The notes under the pieces: model-generated
What the model saw: only the letters and a program-made list of their open reading frames with translations
Told to the model about the DNA's origin: nothing
Database searches by the model: none
Translations under genes and position numbers: made by a program
Assembly (NCBI GenBank): GCA_963716395.1
Contig: OY970309.1
Span: 800,001 to 864,000, forward strand
Source: an uncultured Fibrobacteria bacterium
GTDB taxonomy: Bacteria; Fibrobacterota; Fibrobacteria; UBA11236
Length of the DNA stretch: 64,000 nt
Direction of reading: 5' to 3'
In this document: one piece after another, positions 9,755-19,613 of the stretch
How the letters are laid out: every line of letters begins with the position of its first letter
Numbering within the stretch: the stretch's first letter is position 1

Positions 9755-12700
9755 TCAAATCGAAGCCACAACCGAAACCGGAATTCGGGCGTCGGCGTAA
9801 TACCGTTGCAAATCCTCCCGGGAAAAGCCCTTTCCCTTTGGAATGGCCAAGCCGGCCTGGAGAAGGCGCACGGCCAAATCCACACGCCCTTTTTCATGCC
9901 AATAGCCGCCCAGGAATTCCAGGGCTTTGATCTTCAACATGGCGAAGTCCACGGGAATGAAGGCCGGCCCCGATTCGACGGCGAGCAGCGCTTCAAAGTC
10001 GGCCCGGGCTTGTTCGCGCCGGTTCAAGGCGTGCAGCAATTGGGCGCGCACCAGCCGCGCTTCGGGTAACTTCCAGGTTTCTTCCCCGGATTGTTCCAGC
10101 AGCCGCAGGCCTTCGGCGTAACGCCGCAACCGGGCCAGGGCCACCGCGCTTTTGACCGGAACCGCGGCGGCGATATGGGGATTGGAATCGGTGCGCGCGG
10201 CCGCCGCGCGGGCGTCGGCGAAATGCCGCAGCGCAGCTTCGGGGTCATCGAGATCGAGACAGGCCATGGCCAAGGTGTAATGGGTGACGGCCGTGACGTC
10301 GCGACCGTCGCGGAGTTGGGTTTCCAGAATCGCGCGGTTGCGCGCTTGCTTGGCGCGCGCTTGCGCGGCGTCGCTGTAACCCGTGTGCAGAATGCGGATC
10401 GTCCGATATTCCACCGGCAATCCGACCTTTTCCAGGGCGGGTAGAATCTGTTCATGCACGGGCGCGGTGAAGCGCAACTCCGGCCGGTTGGGGAACAGGC
10501 GAATCTGGTGGAACACCGTGCCGGTGGCGCCGCCGTCGCCGGTGTTCTGCACCAGAAATCCGTAAGCCCGATCGGCCGGCCGCTCGGCCAGCGCGCGCAG
10601 GGCGGCCTTGTCTTCGGGCCGCAGCCGGTCGTCGGCGTCGAGCCAGAGAATCCATTCGCCGCTGGCGGCATCCAGCGACAGATTGCGCGCCCGGCTGAAA
10701 TCATGCTGCCATTGCGTGCGCAACACCGTGGCCCCGCGGCCTTCGGCCCAGGCGTCGGTGCCGTCGCCCGAGCCGGTGTCGACCACAATCACCTCTTCGG
10801 CCAGGCCTTCGGCGTCGGCCAGGCACAGGGGCAGGTTCGCCATTTCGTTTTTCACGATCATGCACAAACTGAGCCGCGGCTTTTTCGCGGCCGAGCGGGT
10901 GGGAGCTTCGAGCCAAGTCGCAAACGCAGCCGCGGGAAAGGCCGCGCGGGCCCCGGCCAACGCCGCGGCATATTCTTCGCGCCGGCCCAGTTCGATCAGC
11001 AGATCCAGGCGATCGCGATGCACGGCCTCCAAGGCGCCGGCGTTCAACTCCGCCGCGCGGGCAAAACACTCAGCAGCCTCCTCGCGTTCACCCTTCCGGC
11101 GCAGCAATTGACCCAGAAAATGCCAGGCTTCCACCACTTGCGGATAGGCTTGGTTCAGGCGGCGCAAGGTAGCGATGGCTTCGCCTTCCGCGCCGCGCCC
11201 GGCCTGCAGGCGCGCCCCATGCCAAAGCGAAAAAATGCGCACGGTGTCAAATTGCGAAGCCGTGGCCGAAAAAATCAAAGGCATTTCGGCTACGGCGGCG
11301 AAAGCTTTTTCCGCCGCTTCCGGCTGCCCCATTTCCAGCAGGCATTCGGCCTCGTAATAGGCCGGTTCGATTTTTTCCGGCTGCAAGTCGCGGCTGCGCC
11401 GGAACCACGCCAGCGCTTCGGAGTAACGCCCCAGTTTCTGGTGGCCCCGGCCGATGCAGGCCGGCAGTTCGGAATACACGTCGGAGTTGATCTCGCGGCC
11501 ACCCGGAATCTCAAAGGCGCGTGTATAGGCGGCGATGCCCTGCTCCCATTCCCCCAAAATGAAATGCGAATCCCCCACGCTCATGGCCAACGACGGCTCC
11601 TGCGCCACGCGCGCGTCTTCGCGCGCCAGGATTTCCAGGTTGCGCCGCGCCTTTTTCTGCTTGAGCTCCGGATCTTCGTACCCGGTATGGTGGAGGGAGG
11701 TGGCGGTGTAAAAGCAATGCAGGCCCATTTCGGCCAGGGCATGCAGCACCTGTTCATGCACCCGGTAGCGGAAACGCAAGCGCGGGTGGTTGGGGAACAT
11801 GCGCATTTGCATGAAGCGCCCGCCCAAAGGCAGCCCGGCCTGGGTATTGATGACTTGAAACCCGAAGGCGCGGTCGAGCGGCGCGGTTTTCAGCCTGCGG
11901 AAGTTCTCGTATTGATCCGCGGGAATGCGGTCGTCGGCGTCGAGCCACAGCACCCATGCGCAGTGGGCCTGGTCGATGGCCTGGTTACGGGCCAGGCTGA
12001 AATCATTTTGCCATACCGTTTGAAACCACCGCACGCCCAATTCCTGCAACAGGTCCTGGGTGCCGTCGTCCGACCCGGTGTCGTTGACCACGATTTCATC
12101 GGCGATGGGGCGAAAACTTTCGATGGCCGCACGGATATTGCCGGCCTCGTTCTTGACAATCATCACCACCGACAAGGTGCCCGGCGGATAGGGGCTTGGC
12201 AGCGGCGCGCGGATGGTGCCGAAGCGCTTGTGCAAGGGCTCGGGCGCGGTGATTTTTTTGGGCGGCGCGGAAGGTTCGGGTTGTTCCCCAGCGGCCTCGG
12301 GCCGTCCCCGTCGGTAAGCTGCGTAGGCTTCGGCCAACGCCCGATCCTCGGGGTGGCGCGCCAGCCGGGCTTCGGCATAGGCGCGCAGGGTTTCGGCGTC
12401 GCCCCGATCGCGGAAGAACTCGAAAGGAAACAGCGAATCCACCGGCAGCGGGTCGAGGCCTTCGCGCAGCAAGGTCCGCAAACAGGCATCGGCCGACTCC
12501 GCCTTCGCCGCTCCGTGCACCTGCGTGTCCAGCAGCGCGGCATAACCCAACGCGTTGCGCCGCACCGAGGCGTTGTCGGCGGCCAACAGGCCCACGCCGG
12601 CGGGCCGGTGGGCGATGGAGAGGAAAATCGTAAGGGCGCCTTTGAATCGCCCGCGACCCAAGGCGCGCTTGGCATTGCGGAGGGCGGGCAAAAGGTGCTC

Positions 12701-13534
12701 CGGCTCCCAACTGTCGGCCAAAGCGTCCCAGCGTTCCGCCCCGGCCGCGTCGCCCAGGCGTTCGCAGCATTCGGCGATCAGGCAGGGGAAACGCCGAAGA
12801 TACGGGTGTTCGGGCGGATCGTGCGGCGATTCGCCCAGGCGCTCACGGAAAATGCGCAGGGCTTCGGCCGGAGCGCCGGTCTGGCACAAGGCGTTGCCGA
12901 GGGCCATGGCCACGGCCGGGTCGCCGGGATGATCGGTCATCTCGCGGCGCAACAAATCCAGGTTGCGGCACGCCTTGGCGGCGCGCTGTTCCGGGGTGGC
13001 ATAGCCGGTATGCACCACTTCGAGATCCGTCTCGCGCACGGGTAGGTGCAGACGCGCGCAGGCCGTGCCCAGTTGTTCGTGGATGCGGCCTTCGAAGACC
13101 AGACCGCGCCGGTTGGGAAACAGTCGGATTTGCCGGAAGACGTCGCCGCCGCCGTCTTCGCGCGGGCTGCGCACCACCAGCCGCCAAGCTGCCGCAGGCG
13201 CACACAGCAGTTCGCGAAGGCCCGCCGCGGTTTCCGGCGGCAGGCGGTCGTCGGCATCGAGCCATAGAATGAAATCGCCGCGGCATTGCGCCAAGGCGGC
13301 ATTGCGGGCCGCCGCGAAATCATCGTTCCAGCAAAAGTCATGCACCTCCGCGCCGTGCGATCGCGCCACCTCGGCCGTGCCGTCGCGGCTGCCGGTGTCG
13401 ACCACCACGGATTGGATCAAACCGGGAATTTTGGCGGCGTCGTCGAGCAAGGCGGGCAGCCGCGCGGCTTCGTCGCGCGCAATCACGGCCAGCGACAGGC
13501 TGGGCGTGAGGGCGGAATCGGATGCTCGGCTCAC
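9755..13534 (-). CDS. Triple GT2 glycosyltransferase with TPR repeats
   Basis: Three copies of LS(L/V)xxI(A/V)(R/K)(D/N)E...DTGSxDGT...DF(A/S)xARN...WLDADDR...HEQ...HTGY, separated by TPR-like helices. Confidence 0.88.
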   Translation of the reverse strand: MSRASDSALTPSLSLAVIARDEAARLPALLDDAAKIPGLIQSVVVDTGSRDGTAEVARSHGAEVHDFCWNDDFAAARNAALAQCRGDFILWLDADDRLPPETAAGLRELLCAPAAAWRLVVRSPREDGGGDVFRQIRLFPNRRGLVFEGRIHEQLGTACARLHLPVRETDLEVVHTGYATPEQRAAKACRNLDLLRREMTDHPGDPAVAMALGNALCQTGAPAEALRIFRERLGESPHDPPEHPYLRRFPCLIAECCERLGDAAGAERWDALADSWEPEHLLPALRNAKRALGRGRFKGALTIFLSIAHRPAGVGLLAADNASVRRNALGYAALLDTQVHGAAKAESADACLRTLLREGLDPLPVDSLFPFEFFRDRGDAETLRAYAEARLARHPEDRALAEAYAAYRRGRPEAAGEQPEPSAPPKKITAPEPLHKRFGTIRAPLPSPYPPGTLSVVMIVKNEAGNIRAAIESFRPIADEIVVNDTGSDDGTQDLLQELGVRWFQTVWQNDFSLARNQAIDQAHCAWVLWLDADDRIPADQYENFRRLKTAPLDRAFGFQVINTQAGLPLGGRFMQMRMFPNHPRLRFRYRVHEQVLHALAEMGLHCFYTATSLHHTGYEDPELKQKKARRNLEILAREDARVAQEPSLAMSVGDSHFILGEWEQGIAAYTRAFEIPGGREINSDVYSELPACIGRGHQKLGRYSEALAWFRRSRDLQPEKIEPAYYEAECLLEMGQPEAAEKAFAAVAEMPLIFSATASQFDTVRIFSLWHGARLQAGRGAEGEAIATLRRLNQAYPQVVEAWHFLGQLLRRKGEREEAAECFARAAELNAGALEAVHRDRLDLLIELGRREEYAAALAGARAAFPAAAFATWLEAPTRSAAKKPRLSLCMIVKNEMANLPLCLADAEGLAEEVIVVDTGSGDGTDAWAEGRGATVLRTQWQHDFSRARNLSLDAASGEWILWLDADDRLRPEDKAALRALAERPADRAYGFLVQNTGDGGATGTVFHQIRLFPNRPELRFTAPVHEQILPALEKVGLPVEYRTIRILHTGYSDAAQARAKQARNRAILETQLRDGRDVTAVTHYTLAMACLDLDDPEAALRHFADARAAAARTDSNPHIAAAVPVKSAVALARLRRYAEGLRLLEQSGEETWKLPEARLVRAQLLHALNRREQARADFEALLAVESGPAFIPVDFAMLKIKALEFLGGYWHEKGRVDLAVRLLQAGLAIPKGKGFSREDLQRYYADARIPVSVVASI

Positions 13535-13579
13535 GAAATCCCTTTCCGATTCGCTTCCGCGCCGCGGCGCGGGCTGGGG

Positions 13580-16500
13580 TCAAACCGCCCCGCTCAAAAT
13601 TTGCCGCACCTCGTGGAATTCGGGGTGGCGGTGGAGCGACTGCTCCAAAGCCGGACGCACGTCGCTTTCGCGCCGCACGGCGCGCGCCGACTCCCACAGG
13701 TTGAGGAGAATGTCCTGATCCTGCGGGTTCAAACGCGCGGCCTGTTCGAACAGACGAAACGAGTCGTCGAAGCGGTTCTGGGCAAAGGCGATGATACCCA
13801 AACCGTTCAGGGCCTGGGGATTTTCCGGGCGCTTTTCCACGGCGTCGAGAAAGCTGCGCAAGGCTTCGGCCGGCCGCCCCGCCTTCATATCGGACTCGGC
13901 TTTTTCCAGCAGCGCGGCGCCGGCTTCCAGTTCGTCAAAGGCGCGCGCGGCATACAAGGCTTCTCCCTCGCCTTCCAGATGGCGCTGCATGCGGCGGGCC
14001 AGGACGTGATCCGGCTGCGCGCGCAGCGCGGCCTCAAGCCGGCGCGCCAGCGCCTCTTTGTTCCGCGTGGCCAAAGCCGCGTCAAAGGCATTGGCCAGGG
14101 CGTCGTCCCAGTCGGGCCAGAGATCCAAGCTGCGTTCAAAACAGCGCCAGGCCTCATCGGCGCGGCCCAGTTGAAAGGCCGCCACGCCGCGGTTGTTCCA
14201 GGCGCGGAAATCGCCGGGATGCGCCTCCGCCTGCGGGGCGCACTGCGTTTCGGCTTCGGCCGATTTTCCGGCGCGCAGCGCCGCTTCGGCGCGGGAATTA
14301 ACGTCCCAGGAAAGAAACAATGCGTCCCAATCCGGCGCCGGCTGCGTGAGCGTGCGCCGCAGTTGTTCGGCGGCCGCAGGATATTCGCTGTGCGGCCGCG
14401 CTCCGGCGGCGGTTTCAAGCACCGACTGCGCTTCGGACGGCCGCCGGAGCCGAATCAAGGTTTCGGCCAGGTTCAAGGAGAAATTGGCTTCGCCCGGATC
14501 TTGAGCCGCAGCCTGGCGGAAGTAATCCAGCGCCTCCTCGAAGCGGTTGAAGCCGGCGGCGATGACGCCCATGAAATTGTGGCAGGCGCCCGCATCGCGG
14601 CCGCTTTGCAATTGCGTTTCGATGCGGTTCAGGGCTTCGTCGAAGCGCCCGCCGCGAATCAGCTCTTCCACCGCGGAGCGCCAATCGCCGGGAGCGGCGG
14701 CCACGGGCGTCCACGAAGTCTGCGGCGTCACGGCAAACGCCGAATTGGCGGGAAAACGTTGGCGCAAAGCGGCTTTTTCCGATTCCGACACTTCGCCGTT
14801 CAAGGCCCGCAAGGCGTCCAATACATTCATGCCGGTGTCCTTGTCTTCGGGCCGGCGAATCAGGGAGCGGATGGAAAGCAGGGCCGAGTCGCGATATTCG
14901 CCCTGATGGAAGCACAACGCGCCCAGGGCGCTCAGCACTTCGGCCTGGCCGGGATCGGCGTCGGCGGCGCGGAGAAATGACCGGCGGGCCGCATCGAGGT
15001 CGCCGCGCGCATAGGCGGCATGGCCTTCGGCGATCCAGCCTTCCACCTCGGCCGAAGCGGCGAAACGCAATTGCACGTCGCCCACGGCCGTGGCGCCGTG
15101 TTGCCATTTGGCCGTGAACTTGCGCTCGTTTTCTTGCATGAGCGCGGTCCAGTCCGCGTCCTCCTGACCGAACGACACGCTGCCGTAGTGGTGGATGTAG
15201 CTGTCGTGCGCGATGCAGGTGCGGTAGCCGAGATAGCGCGCGCGCAGGCAATAGTCGTCGTCTTCGAAATTGCCTTTGCCGAAGCGCTCGTCGAAGGGCC
15301 CGATCTTTTCGCAGGCGGCGCGCGGGATCAGCAGGCACACGCCTTTGAGCCAATCGTAATCGGCGCTGGCCAGATCGCGTTCGCGCTGCCATTCCGCGGC
15401 GAAGGTTTCCATCTCGGGCCGGGAGCGGTAAGGGACGCCTTCGACGGCCTGGGCGCCGGCGATGCGGTTGCAGCGCGGTCCCACGATGCCGATGGAGGGA
15501 TCGGTTTCACACAGGCGCACCAAATGCTCCAGCGTTCCGGGAAACAGCACGGTATCGTTGTTGAGAATGAGCACATAGTCGCCCTGCGCGGCGCGCAGGC
15601 CCTGGTTCCAACCCGCGGCCACGCCCCGGTTATCCTCGTTGCGGATGCAGCGCGCGCCCGGCACCGACTGAAAATATTCCCAGGTGCCATCGCGGCTGCC
15701 GTTATCGATCAGAATCAGTTCGTAGGACTGGCGCACATTCCGTCGGATCGATTCCACGCATTGGCGCGTGTATTCGACTTGGTTGAAACCGAGCAGAATG
15801 ATGGAAACGCGGGCGTCGAGGCGGTGGGACTGCGCCCGCGGGCGGGCGTCGAGCTGCCACCAGCCCACGCGCGGGCCGCCGTCGGCGCGGCCGGGAAAAC
15901 CGTGGTAGGGCCGCACGGCGGTGACGTCATATCCCGCCAACCGCAACGCGGCAGTGACGCCTTCCGACGTCACGTCGACGGGCGTTTCGAAACCGCGCGG
16001 ATGACGCGGCCGGCCCAGGGCCTGGTTCGCATTGAGAATGGCCACCAGGCACCGCAGTCGGTTCAACTGGCCGCGCAGATTGCGCAGGCGCTGCGGCAGG
16101 GCGTCGACCAGATCGGGTGACACGCGCAGGACGAGCAAATCCTGGCGGGCCAGGGCGATTTTCTCTCCGCGCAAATCCACGCCTTCGCCCGGCCCTGCGA
16201 CGGGAACGGGTGCCACCGCCGAGCCCGCGAAACCGACATTTTCGGCCTCTTGCAAATGATCGCGCAGGGTTTCGGGATAGTGCAGAAACAATCCTCCCGC
16301 GTTCGGGTCGAATGGAATTTCGGCCGTCGAGGCGGTTTGCAATTCGGCGCGCAGCGTCAACGCCGGGGCACCGGCCGGCGCGGCCGACGTCGTGAGCCGC
16401 AGACGCGCCACGCGCACCAGCTCGGGTTCGGTCAGATGGTCTTCCAGCCACGATCGCCGGCAGGCCAGGGCCAGCAGAGAGTCGGCGACCAGCCGTGATC

Positions 16501-17782
16501 CGTTTTCGGCCGCACACACGTCGAGCGAGAACGCGCCGGAAAAATCATCCTGTTTTTCCAGCCATTGGTTGAGCAGGGTCGATGAACACAGGCCCGCATC
16601 GAGCAGCAACAGGTGGGTATGGCGCGCCATGTGCGCGGCCAGACGCAGCCCTTGGCCCAGGGGCAAATCCGGCCCCACATCGAGCTTGCGCACTTGATCT
16701 CCGCCCGGCGGCAAAAAGCCGGTCTGCGCCGACCGATTGAGCACGATGACGTCGGCCTGGCCGCGCATGGGCAGCGAGTCGAGGGTTTCGCGCATCAGGC
16801 CTTCGGTGTCTCCGGCGGGCGGAAGCACCACCACGTGGGTCCAATGCGGAGGGCGGGTTGTTGCGTCGGTCGCCATGGCGGCCTCCTGGGTTGGGGTCGA
16901 AAAATGTGCGTGCGCGGCCGGCGAGGGCCGGAACCACTGCATGTCCCACAGCATTTCGGGGCCGGGAACTTTGTCGTCTCCGCCGTAATGGCGGGACAGC
17001 TTGCGGAACAAGGCGTCGGTGGATTCCTGCACCAACCGATCGGTGTCTCCCCGGGGTTCGGTGCGAAAACTTTTCTGCCCTTCGTGAAAAACGAAGGCGT
17101 CGCGGGCCACGACCAGCCGCAGGCCCTTGCGCCGCAGCCGCCACGACAGTTCCAAATCGTCGTTGCCCAGAAACAGGTTTTCATCCATGCCGCCCAGCGC
17201 GGCGTACTCTTCACGGCGCAGCATGAGGCAAAAACCGATGAGCAACTTGGTTTCGATCAGGGCGCCGGCATGTTCGCGGCGCAAGACAGCGGCGACGGCT
17301 TCGGCCCGATCGAGGGCCGTGGCGCCGCCCACCGCGGCGAGTTCGCCGGCCGATGCGGGCCAATGGTGATCGAGGCGCTGGCGGCCGGCCACATAATTGG
17401 AAACCGGGCCCGCCGCTCCCACCTGGGAATCGGCGAACGCAGCCGCCATGCTTTCGCAGGCGTGGCGGGTCAACAGGGCGTCGGGATTGAGGAAAATCAG
17501 AAACTCGCCACGCGCCAATCGGGCGCCTTGGTTGCAGGCGCGCGCAAACCCGAGGTTCTCGAGGTTGTACACGGCGCGCACGCCCTCAAGGCCGCGCAAC
17601 AGGTCGGTGGTGCCGTCACGCGAGGCATTGTCGACCACGATGAGTTCGGCACAATCGAGAGCGTCGTTGAAGGCGCGCCGGAAAGCCTCGCTACAGGCGG
17701 GGAGGTTTTCGCGGCTGTTGTAGGCGACGACGACGACGGAAAAACGGGGCACGGGAAGACTAGGCTGCGACCTGGAGCTCAT
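13580..17782 (-). CDS. Multi-domain GT2 glycosyltransferase with C-terminal TPR array
   Basis: Two intact GT-A domains (FSVVVVAYNS..VDNASRDGT..FLNPD; VSIILLGFNQ..IDNGSRDGT..ILNNDT..FEDDDYC), a degenerate middle region and TPRs (AWNNRG, ALNGLG). Confidence 0.88.
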   Translation of the reverse strand: MSSRSQPSLPVPRFSVVVVAYNSRENLPACSEAFRRAFNDALDCAELIVVDNASRDGTTDLLRGLEGVRAVYNLENLGFARACNQGARLARGEFLIFLNPDALLTRHACESMAAAFADSQVGAAGPVSNYVAGRQRLDHHWPASAGELAAVGGATALDRAEAVAAVLRREHAGALIETKLLIGFCLMLRREEYAALGGMDENLFLGNDDLELSWRLRRKGLRLVVARDAFVFHEGQKSFRTEPRGDTDRLVQESTDALFRKLSRHYGGDDKVPGPEMLWDMQWFRPSPAAHAHFSTPTQEAAMATDATTRPPHWTHVVVLPPAGDTEGLMRETLDSLPMRGQADVIVLNRSAQTGFLPPGGDQVRKLDVGPDLPLGQGLRLAAHMARHTHLLLLDAGLCSSTLLNQWLEKQDDFSGAFSLDVCAAENGSRLVADSLLALACRRSWLEDHLTEPELVRVARLRLTTSAAPAGAPALTLRAELQTASTAEIPFDPNAGGLFLHYPETLRDHLQEAENVGFAGSAVAPVPVAGPGEGVDLRGEKIALARQDLLVLRVSPDLVDALPQRLRNLRGQLNRLRCLVAILNANQALGRPRHPRGFETPVDVTSEGVTAALRLAGYDVTAVRPYHGFPGRADGGPRVGWWQLDARPRAQSHRLDARVSIILLGFNQVEYTRQCVESIRRNVRQSYELILIDNGSRDGTWEYFQSVPGARCIRNEDNRGVAAGWNQGLRAAQGDYVLILNNDTVLFPGTLEHLVRLCETDPSIGIVGPRCNRIAGAQAVEGVPYRSRPEMETFAAEWQRERDLASADYDWLKGVCLLIPRAACEKIGPFDERFGKGNFEDDDYCLRARYLGYRTCIAHDSYIHHYGSVSFGQEDADWTALMQENERKFTAKWQHGATAVGDVQLRFAASAEVEGWIAEGHAAYARGDLDAARRSFLRAADADPGQAEVLSALGALCFHQGEYRDSALLSIRSLIRRPEDKDTGMNVLDALRALNGEVSESEKAALRQRFPANSAFAVTPQTSWTPVAAAPGDWRSAVEELIRGGRFDEALNRIETQLQSGRDAGACHNFMGVIAAGFNRFEEALDYFRQAAAQDPGEANFSLNLAETLIRLRRPSEAQSVLETAAGARPHSEYPAAAEQLRRTLTQPAPDWDALFLSWDVNSRAEAALRAGKSAEAETQCAPQAEAHPGDFRAWNNRGVAAFQLGRADEAWRCFERSLDLWPDWDDALANAFDAALATRNKEALARRLEAALRAQPDHVLARRMQRHLEGEGEALYAARAFDELEAGAALLEKAESDMKAGRPAEALRSFLDAVEKRPENPQALNGLGIIAFAQNRFDDSFRLFEQAARLNPQDQDILLNLWESARAVRRESDVRPALEQSLHRHPEFHEVRQILSGAV

Positions 17783-18128
17783 GTTTCACCAGGGCCAGGA
17801 TTTTTTCCGCCATTTCCGCACTGATCGAATCCATGTCGCTGTCTTTGACATTGGATGCTTGATTCTGCTTGATCAAGGCGCGCCGGGCGCCGGCGATGGA
17901 ATAGCCGTCTTCCTTGAGCATGCGAAAAATGGTGCGCAGGCGATCGATTTGCTCGTCACCGTAACGCCGTTGTTTCCCCAAAGTGCGGGTGGGAATGAGA
18001 AAATCCGCGAATTCCTTTTCCCAATACCGGATGGTATGGGTGGGCACGCCGATGATTTTAGCGGCATCGCGAATACTGACGAGCGGGTCTTCTCTCTTGT
18101 CGATGACTTCCAGGGTTTCTGCCAACAT
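17760..18128 (-). CDS. MerR-family HTH regulator
   Basis: SIRDAAKIIGVPTHTIRYWEKEF...QRRY...GYSIAGAR; SD AAGGAG before ATG 18128. Confidence 0.88.
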   Translation of the reverse strand: MLAETLEVIDKREDPLVSIRDAAKIIGVPTHTIRYWEKEFADFLIPTRTLGKQRRYGDEQIDRLRTIFRMLKEDGYSIAGARRALIKQNQASNVKDSDMDSISAEMAEKILALVKHELQVAA

Positions 18129-18183
18129 GGTTCTCTCCTTTTGCGCTCCGGTCTTGGGCGGGTTTGAACGCGTCGGCCTAGAA

Positions 18184-18200
18184 AGCAATTCCGGTACCAA
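18184..18200 (-). promoter_or_regulatory. Sigma54 (-24/-12) promoter for the merR-GT-GT unit
   Basis: Minus strand TTGGTACCGGAATTGCT: GG-N10-GC spacing, close to TGGCAC-N5-TTGC. Confidence 0.65.
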
Positions 18201-18291
18201 AGTTTCGACCCGTTTTCAAAGCTCGTTTTGAAAAATTTTCGAGGTTTCGGGTCAAGCTTGGCTTCAGCCGGCCCAGCAAATTTTTCCCCGT

Positions 18292-18318
18292 TTACCGGGA
18301 AGGCGGCAAAAAACTTCA
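18292..18318 (-). promoter_or_regulatory. Possible second, sigma28-like promoter upstream of merR
   Basis: Minus strand TGAAGTTT-N11-CCCGGTAA against TAAAGTTT-N11-GCCGATAA (3 mismatches). Confidence 0.4.
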
Positions 18319-18352
18319 AGCGGAAGGTCAGATATTCTCCGACCCGGTTCTT

Positions 18353-19483
18353 TTAGAGCAACGATTTCAGGGCCGCGAGAAAAGCGCGGTTCTGAGCGGC
18401 CGTTCCCACGGTGACCCGGCACCAATCCGGCAGTCCGAAGCTGCGTAGCGCGCGGGTAATCACGCCTTGTTTCATCAGGTCTTCGCAAAATTCCACCGCG
18501 GGGCGGGGCGTTTGCCAGCAAATGAAATTGGCCTGTGTGGGCAAAAATTTAAGGCCCAGTTTTTTCAGCCCCGCTTCCAATTGCGCCTTGCCGCGACGGT
18601 TCACCGCCAATGATTTCCGCACAAACGCGCGATCGCGCAGCGCCGTTACGGCCGCGGTTTGCACCAGCAGGTTCACATTGAACGGGGTTTTGACGCGCAG
18701 GGTTTCGCGCACCAGCGCGGCATCGCCCAAGCCGTAACCCAGGCGCAGGCCGGCCATGCCGTACAGTTTGCTGAAAGTGCGCACGATGACCAGGTTCGGA
18801 TAAGTTCGCCGCAATTCCAGGCTACGGGGAAAATCGCGCGCCGTGGCGTATTCGGAATAGGCTTCGTCGACCACCACCAGGCAACCGCGCGGTGTCTGGC
18901 GCAGCAAGGCTTCCAGCTCGGCATGGGTGAAATAGGTGCCGGTGGGATTGTTCGGGTTGCACAGGAACAGCATTTTCGGCTTGCCCCGCAAGGCTTGGGC
19001 GAAGCCGGCGAGATCGTAACGCAAGCCGCGCAAAGGCACCTTGAGAATTTCCGCAGCGAGCACGCGTCCGGAAAATTCGTACTCGGAAAAGGTGTTTTCG
19101 GAAATCACCGTCTTTTCCCCCGGACGCAAAAAGGCCAGCGCCAGCATGAGCAGCACTTCGTCGGAACCGTTGCCCACCATGACCTGTTCGGGTTCGAGTT
19201 GGAAATGGGCGGCGATGGCTTTTTTCACGGCGCGGCTGGAACCGTCGGGATATAGCGACACCTTGGGCAGCGCCTGCGCGAGGGCGCGCAGCACCTTGGG
19301 GTTGGCGCCCAGGGGGTTTTCGTTGGATCCCAATTTCACGATACGCGGCGGGTGGTATTGCGCGGCCACTTCGTCGATGGAACGCCCCGGCACATAGGGC
19401 TTGAGCGCCTGGATGCAGGCGCGGGCCAGTTTCAGTGTTTCGGCTGCGGAGTAAGGAGCGCGGCGCGCCGCGGAATTCGGCAT
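18353..19483 (-). CDS. hisC: Histidinol-phosphate aminotransferase
   Basis: KLGSNENPLG, GNGSDE, LCNPNNPTG, DEAY, RTFSKLYGMAGLRLGY. Confidence 0.93.
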   Translation of the reverse strand: MPNSAARRAPYSAAETLKLARACIQALKPYVPGRSIDEVAAQYHPPRIVKLGSNENPLGANPKVLRALAQALPKVSLYPDGSSRAVKKAIAAHFQLEPEQVMVGNGSDEVLLMLALAFLRPGEKTVISENTFSEYEFSGRVLAAEILKVPLRGLRYDLAGFAQALRGKPKMLFLCNPNNPTGTYFTHAELEALLRQTPRGCLVVVDEAYSEYATARDFPRSLELRRTYPNLVIVRTFSKLYGMAGLRLGYGLGDAALVRETLRVKTPFNVNLLVQTAAVTALRDRAFVRKSLAVNRRGKAQLEAGLKKLGLKFLPTQANFICWQTPRPAVEFCEDLMKQGVITRALRSFGLPDWCRVTVGTAAQNRAFLAALKSLL

Positions 19484-19613
19484 TGGGGTCAAGGTAATTT
19501 CTGCGCCCGCACCTTGTTGCAACCCTCTGCGGCCCGTTCTACCTTGCTCTTCCACCCCGCATCCTTGGGGTTACCCCGGGGACGCGACGGGCGGGAGCGG
19601 ACGGAAACTCAAG

